From positions 23,198 through 87,197 of the forward strand of contig JALWYV010000005.1 in the NCBI GenBank assembly GCA_027003075.1: 64,000 bases of DNA, written 5' to 3'. The notes below the pieces were generated by a model. That model saw nothing but the letters and a program-made list of their open reading frames with translations, was not told the DNA's origin and searched no databases. The first letter of the stretch is position 1; each line of letters opens with the position of its first letter. The position numbers and the translations under genes are program-made. Shown here one piece after another: positions 59,782 through 64,000 of the stretch. Source of the stretch: a candidate division WOR-3 bacterium (lineage in GTDB: Bacteria > Hydrothermota > Hydrothermia > LBFQ01).

Positions 59782-60753
59782 ATGCCCGTCATTGAGGTAG
59801 AGAACCTCAGAAAAGTCTACCGTGTACCCGTAAAGGGTGAGGGTTTTTTGTCAACTTTCCGGCACTTCTTCCGTCGCCAGTACAGGGATATAGAGGCGGT
59901 AAAGGGGATAAGTTTCACGGTTGAGCGGGGGGAGGTGGTGGGTTTCCTCGGTCCGAACGGGGCGGGTAAGACCACTACCCTGAAGATGCTCGTCGGCCTC
60001 ATAAAGCCGACGTCCGGAAGGGTGAGGGTACTGGGATACGATCCCTTTGAGAGGAGGAAGGACTTCCTGAAACGGATAACCCTCGTAATGGGGCAGAAGC
60101 AGCAACTGATATGGGACCTGCCCCCAATAGAGTCCCTCAGGATAAACGCCGCAGTCTACGAGATACCGGAGGACGTATTCCGTAAGCGGTTGAACTACCT
60201 TGCCGAAATGTTAACGATAAAGAAGCGCCTATACCAGCCCGTACGTAAACTCTCCCTCGGAGAGAGGATGAAGGCCGAGATCCTCGCCGCCCTCATTCAC
60301 GAGCCGGACGTACTCTTCTTAGACGAGCCGACTCTGGGACTGGACGTGAACGCCCAGATATCCATCCGTAACTTCCTGAAGACCTACAACGAAGAGTTCG
60401 GTGCCACCATAATACTGACGAGCCATTACATGGGGGACATAGAGGCCCTGTGCGACAGAGCCATAGTCATACATAAGGGCAGGCTCATATTTGACGGGGA
60501 CCTCTACGATCTATCCGAAAAGGTTATGCCCTTCAAGGAAATATACGTTGAGTTCAAGGGGAGGGTGCCGATAGAGGAACTGCGGAGGATGGGGGATATC
60601 CGGGAGATAGAGGGTCAGGAGGTCAAGTTGCTCGTGCGGAGGGACGAGGTGTTCCGGAAGGTGAGGGAAATAATGGACAGGTACGACGTGGACGACCTCT
60701 CAGTTACGGACCCTCCACTGGACGAGGTCCTGGCCAAGGTGTTTGAGAGTTAG
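59782..60753 (+). CDS. ABC-2 type transporter ATP-binding protein
   Basis: GPNGAGKTT, LSLGERMK, FLDEPT, LTSHYM. Confidence 0.92.
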   Translation: MPVIEVENLRKVYRVPVKGEGFLSTFRHFFRRQYRDIEAVKGISFTVERGEVVGFLGPNGAGKTTTLKMLVGLIKPTSGRVRVLGYDPFERRKDFLKRITLVMGQKQQLIWDLPPIESLRINAAVYEIPEDVFRKRLNYLAEMLTIKKRLYQPVRKLSLGERMKAEILAALIHEPDVLFLDEPTLGLDVNAQISIRNFLKTYNEEFGATIILTSHYMGDIEALCDRAIVIHKGRLIFDGDLYDLSEKVMPFKEIYVEFKGRVPIEELRRMGDIREIEGQEVKLLVRRDEVFRKVREIMDRYDVDDLSVTDPPLDEVLAKVFES

Positions 60754-61061
60754 TCTTCCCGCCAGAGTAAAAAGCCTATCAGCAGGATAAGGATAAGCAA
60801 GGGGAGGTGTTCCCATACTCTGGGATGCAGGTGACCGTGGGCGTCTATCACGCTACGGGATACCCTGCCGGCGTTGAAGAACACGAGGCTCAGGAGAGGC
60901 ACCTTCCAGCCCCTTCTTAAGTACACGTACGTAAGGAGAGGGTAAAGGAGCGTGTATACCACGTTCTGGATCTTCACGAAGGTGGGAATCGGTACGAACA
61001 GGGTTATGGATACGTACATGAGCAGAAGCAAACCTATAAGTGCAACTATTACCTTCCTCAT
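60750..61061 (-). CDS. Small membrane protein
   Basis: 3-4 hydrophobic segments; ATG 61061 overlaps the upstream stop. Confidence 0.6.
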   Translation of the reverse strand: MRKVIVALIGLLLLMYVSITLFVPIPTFVKIQNVVYTLLYPLLTYVYLRRGWKVPLLSLVFFNAGRVSRSVIDAHGHLHPRVWEHLPLLILILLIGFLLWRED

Positions 61062-61456
61062 AGCCTGTCCGCCCAGGCCCACGTCTTCGGTGTCGTTATC
61101 TCAACGGAGTTCCCTTCCGGGTCGCGGAAGTACAGGGATCTACCACCGTTCGGCCAGGTTATCTCGGCCTCTATCTCCACCCCCATGGCCTCCAGCCTCC
61201 CCCTCCACGCATCGTACTCCTCTTCTGGCGTGTAGAAAGCGATATGCGACGGCCCCCTGCACCCGTGAGGGGGAACGTCGGTACTCTTCAGGGTCTTATC
61301 CGGATCAAATATCAGCAACATGGTCTCACCGAGTTTAAAGAACACGTGCCTGTCCTCCTCAACCACCGGATGGACACCGAGGAGCATGGAATAAAACTCC
61401 CTCATACGCTTCAGATCCCTGCCGTATAGGCACACCTCGGCTATCCTCAGGTTCAC
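61058..61456 (-). CDS. VOC/glyoxalase family protein
   Basis: FYSMLLG, HIAF, RSLYFRDPEGNSVE. Confidence 0.9.
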   Translation of the reverse strand: MNLRIAEVCLYGRDLKRMREFYSMLLGVHPVVEEDRHVFFKLGETMLLIFDPDKTLKSTDVPPHGCRGPSHIAFYTPEEEYDAWRGRLEAMGVEIEAEITWPNGGRSLYFRDPEGNSVEITTPKTWAWADRL

Positions 61457-62709
61457 TTCCCTATGTCCCTCCTGTAGTACATCCCCTCAAAGTGTATCTT
61501 CTCCATGGCCTCGTAGGCCCTGTTTCGGGCCTCTTCAAGCGTTTCCCCCGTGGCCACGACCGAAAGGACCCTGCCCCCGGAGGTTATCAACTGACCACCT
61601 TCCTCCTTTACGCCGGCGAGGAAAACGGCGTCGGCTATCCTTTCGGCCTCCTCAAGACCGGTTATAGGGAAGCCCGTTATGGGCCTCTCAGGGTACCCCC
61701 TAGATGCGGCGACGACGCAACAGGAGAAACGGGAAGGTTCTTTTATGAGATCTTCCTTCAGATTGCCCTCCGCCGCAGATACCACGACCTCCCCGAAGTC
61801 GTAATCCATAAGGGGCAGGATGGCCTGGGTCTCCGGATCGCCGAGCCGTACGTTGTACTCAAGGACGAAGGGTCCGTTCTCTGTCAGCATGAGGCCGAAG
61901 TAAAGGATACCTTTGTACTTAAGGCCCTCCCGTGCCAGCCCTTCAAAAGTCCGCCTTACGACGTTCTCCTCTATCAGGGATTTCGTCTGCTCGTCCAGAA
62001 CCACGGGAGATATGGACCCCATACCTCCGGTGTTGGGGCCGTCGTCCCCGTCCCTCAACCTCTTGTAGTCTCTGGCGTAAGCGAAGACCTTCCAGCGGCT
62101 GCCATCGGCTACGGCGAAGACGGAGACCTCTTCACCCCTGAGAAAACGCTCTATCACCACCCTCCTGGAGGCTTCGCCGAACTTCGCCCTGTTCATGAAC
62201 TGGTCAAGGGTGTTTATCGCCTCCCCAACGCTGCGAGCTATTACCACCCCCTTACCTCCGGCCAGACCGTCCGCCTTTATAACTATGGGGAACCTCTGCC
62301 CCTTCACGTACTCAACGGCGTCGTCAAACTCCTCCTCCGTAAAGACCTCAAAGTCCGCCGTGGGTACCCTGTACTTCTTTGCGAAGCTCTTGGCCCATAT
62401 CTTGCTCGCCTCCAGTCTGGCCGCTGCCCTGTTCGGAGCGAACACCTTCAGGCCTCTCCTCTCCCCCTCATCCGCTATCCCTAAGGCTATGGAGGTTTCT
62501 CCGCCGGGAAAGATCAGGTCAACACCGTTGTCAAGGGCGAAGTCCACGAGGGCGTTTATCTCACTCTCCTTTATTGGAACGTTCCTACCGTAACGGGCGG
62601 TGAAGGGGTTCCCCGGTGCGGTGAATATCTCAAACCCGACCTTTGACTGGGCCAGTTTCCAGACTATGGCGCTTTCCCTGCCTCCCTTTCCTACGACCAG
62701 GACCTTCAT
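61453..62709 (-). CDS. purD: Phosphoribosylamine--glycine ligase
   Basis: GKGGRE, KADGLAGGKGV, GPNTGGMG, EYNVRLGDPETQ, TSGGRVL. Confidence 0.97.
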   Translation of the reverse strand: MKVLVVGKGGRESAIVWKLAQSKVGFEIFTAPGNPFTARYGRNVPIKESEINALVDFALDNGVDLIFPGGETSIALGIADEGERRGLKVFAPNRAAARLEASKIWAKSFAKKYRVPTADFEVFTEEEFDDAVEYVKGQRFPIVIKADGLAGGKGVVIARSVGEAINTLDQFMNRAKFGEASRRVVIERFLRGEEVSVFAVADGSRWKVFAYARDYKRLRDGDDGPNTGGMGSISPVVLDEQTKSLIEENVVRRTFEGLAREGLKYKGILYFGLMLTENGPFVLEYNVRLGDPETQAILPLMDYDFGEVVVSAAEGNLKEDLIKEPSRFSCCVVAASRGYPERPITGFPITGLEEAERIADAVFLAGVKEEGGQLITSGGRVLSVVATGETLEEARNRAYEAMEKIHFEGMYYRRDIGK

Positions 62710-62711
62710 CT

Positions 62712-63446
62712 CTACCTCCCCAGAGAGAATTTGAGACCTACACTTACACGCATTCCACCAAGATCCTCTTTGGCGTTGATCTCGTTCTTATCAGGATCCG
62801 GAGGCCTATCCTTCACCGAGAGAGATTTATTTTTGGTGTTGAACACCCAGTAGGCCACACCCCTATCCTCGTTCCCCCCGGAGTCCCTGTCCACGTACTC
62901 ACCCTCGTAGCCGGAGAACGAGAGGACGTCGTACCCTACCCTCACGGCGAGGGCGAGTTTGTCCGAAATGGAAACGTCACCCCCGAAGGCCATACCCATA
63001 CCCACGGACGAGGCCGACAGGGAGGCCTCCCTTATCCCCCAAGTATGTACGCCGAGTACGTTGATATGGGAGGAGTCGTAAACCGAGAGGCTGGAGAAGC
63101 CGAGGAGCATCTTAACGCCGGCGTACATCCGGAAGGTTTCCGTCAGGGGATAGGAGAAGCCTATCGGCAGGCCGAATATGAAGTTCATGAGGCTGTGCTT
63201 ACGGTGAAAGTAAACCGTCGCCCCAGACGTTTTTTTGCTGTCCCCACCGTTTACGGAGGTGTAAAGTATAGCAGGTTCTATACCGACGTCCAGAAAGGTC
63301 GCACGGTATCCCATACCCACACCGAACCCCAGACCCACCTTCTGGTTGGGCAGGTCAAAGTCCTCGCTCCTCATCTCGTCAACCCACAGGTTGTAGTGAG
63401 TTAGGGAGACGGTTCCGAACTGAAAGAGGGGATAAAGGTACAACAT
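62712..63446 (-). CDS. Outer-membrane beta-barrel protein (OmpA/OmpW-like strands)
   Basis: Amphipathic strands (GFGVGMGY, RMYAGVK, MRVSVGLKFSL); likely start ATG 63446 (TAAAAT 8 nt upstream). Confidence 0.65.
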   Translation of the reverse strand: MLYLYPLFQFGTVSLTHYNLWVDEMRSEDFDLPNQKVGLGFGVGMGYRATFLDVGIEPAILYTSVNGGDSKKTSGATVYFHRKHSLMNFIFGLPIGFSYPLTETFRMYAGVKMLLGFSSLSVYDSSHINVLGVHTWGIREASLSASSVGMGMAFGGDVSISDKLALAVRVGYDVLSFSGYEGEYVDRDSGGNEDRGVAYWVFNTKNKSLSVKDRPPDPDKNEINAKEDLGGMRVSVGLKFSLGR

Positions 63447-63650
63447 AAGGAAGTATTTTACCCCCGTTCCGTTTTCCCTAGTTCCGTTTCCGTGTGGCAA
63501 GATATCCCCACCCGGTATTCAGCGAGTGTAGGGGCCGGAACATTATATCCTGCGATCCCCGAATCAGCAACGATTACGATGGCTCGGTAGAGCCGCCCTT
63601 CAGCCTCAACGCAATCCCCTTTTCTCTGTCTAAGCGCGAAACTACTGGGT

Positions 63651-63680
63651 AAAAAAAGGGGGGGCGTACGCCCCCCTCTT
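63651..63680 (-). terminator. Intrinsic terminator after groEL
   Basis: GGGGGGC-GTAC-GCCCCCC hairpin with a T7 tract on the minus strand. Confidence 0.8.
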
Positions 63681-63701
63681 TAATGGCGGGCCTTCCCCCG
63701 A

Positions 63702-64000
63702 TTAGAAGTCAAGGTCGGAAGGCGCGCCACCCTCTTTCTTCTGCTCCTTTATCTCAACGACCACGGCCTCGGTGGTCAGAAGGAGACCGGAGACGGAGGC
63801 GGCGTTCTGGATGGCGGAACGGACCACCTTGGTGGGGTCTATGATGCCGGCCTCAAACATGTCCACGAACTCACCGGTAAGGGCGTTGAAGCCGATGTTG
63901 GGGTTCTCCTTGTGTTTCTCCTTGATCTTCTCAACTATGAGGTTGCCCTCGTACCCGGCGTTGTTGGCTATCATACGGGCGGGCTCGTGGATGGCCTGCT
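63702..64000 (-). CDS. groL: Chaperonin GroEL, C-terminal part
   Basis: [37 protein letters not shown]. Confidence 0.96.
   Translation of the reverse strand, partial: QAIHEPARMIANNAGYEGNLIVEKIKEKHKENPNIGFNALTGEFVDMFEAGIIDPTKVVRSAIQNAASVSGLLLTTEAVVVEIKEQKKEGGAPSDLDF

Noticed and set aside
63500-63650. Possible ncRNA or tRNA fragment (GGCTCGGTAGAGCC hairpin)
   Set aside because: No T-arm or acceptor stem and no recognisable RNA family motif; a covariance-model search would be needed
63702-63740. GroEL tail lacks GGM repeats (ends GGAPSDLDF)
   Set aside because: Such tail variation is common among chaperonins and not informative alone

Overview
Core-chromosome window of a diderm (lpxK, OmpA and beta-barrel proteins), probably thermophilic and aerobically respiring bacterium (ctaA/ctaB, nuoG, gltA, sucC, sodC). 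A T9SS-like C-terminal tail hints at an FCB/WOR-3-like lineage, which is inference only. It holds about 60 CDS in scrambled, mostly non-operonic order, two CCA-less tRNAs (Lys-CTT, Leu-TAA) and an orphan CRISPR array with 22 repeats and 21 spacers. Main observations: (1) an AT-rich single-chain DarT (DNA ADP-ribosyltransferase)-macrodomain fusion coupled to thrS. (2) Pervasive leaderless gene starts, with a TANNNT box 6-9 nt before the start codon and often the upstream stop codon inside that box. (3) Both tRNAs end 1-3 nt before a start codon, so tRNA 3' processing may release leaderless mRNAs. (4) Exported proteins with ultrashort, uncharged N-terminal hydrophobic leaders. (5) A diheme lipoprotein built from two Cyc2-like heme modules, each with an extra conserved Cys. 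(6) Strong TCGA avoidance. All family calls come from motif recognition by eye; no database searches were run.
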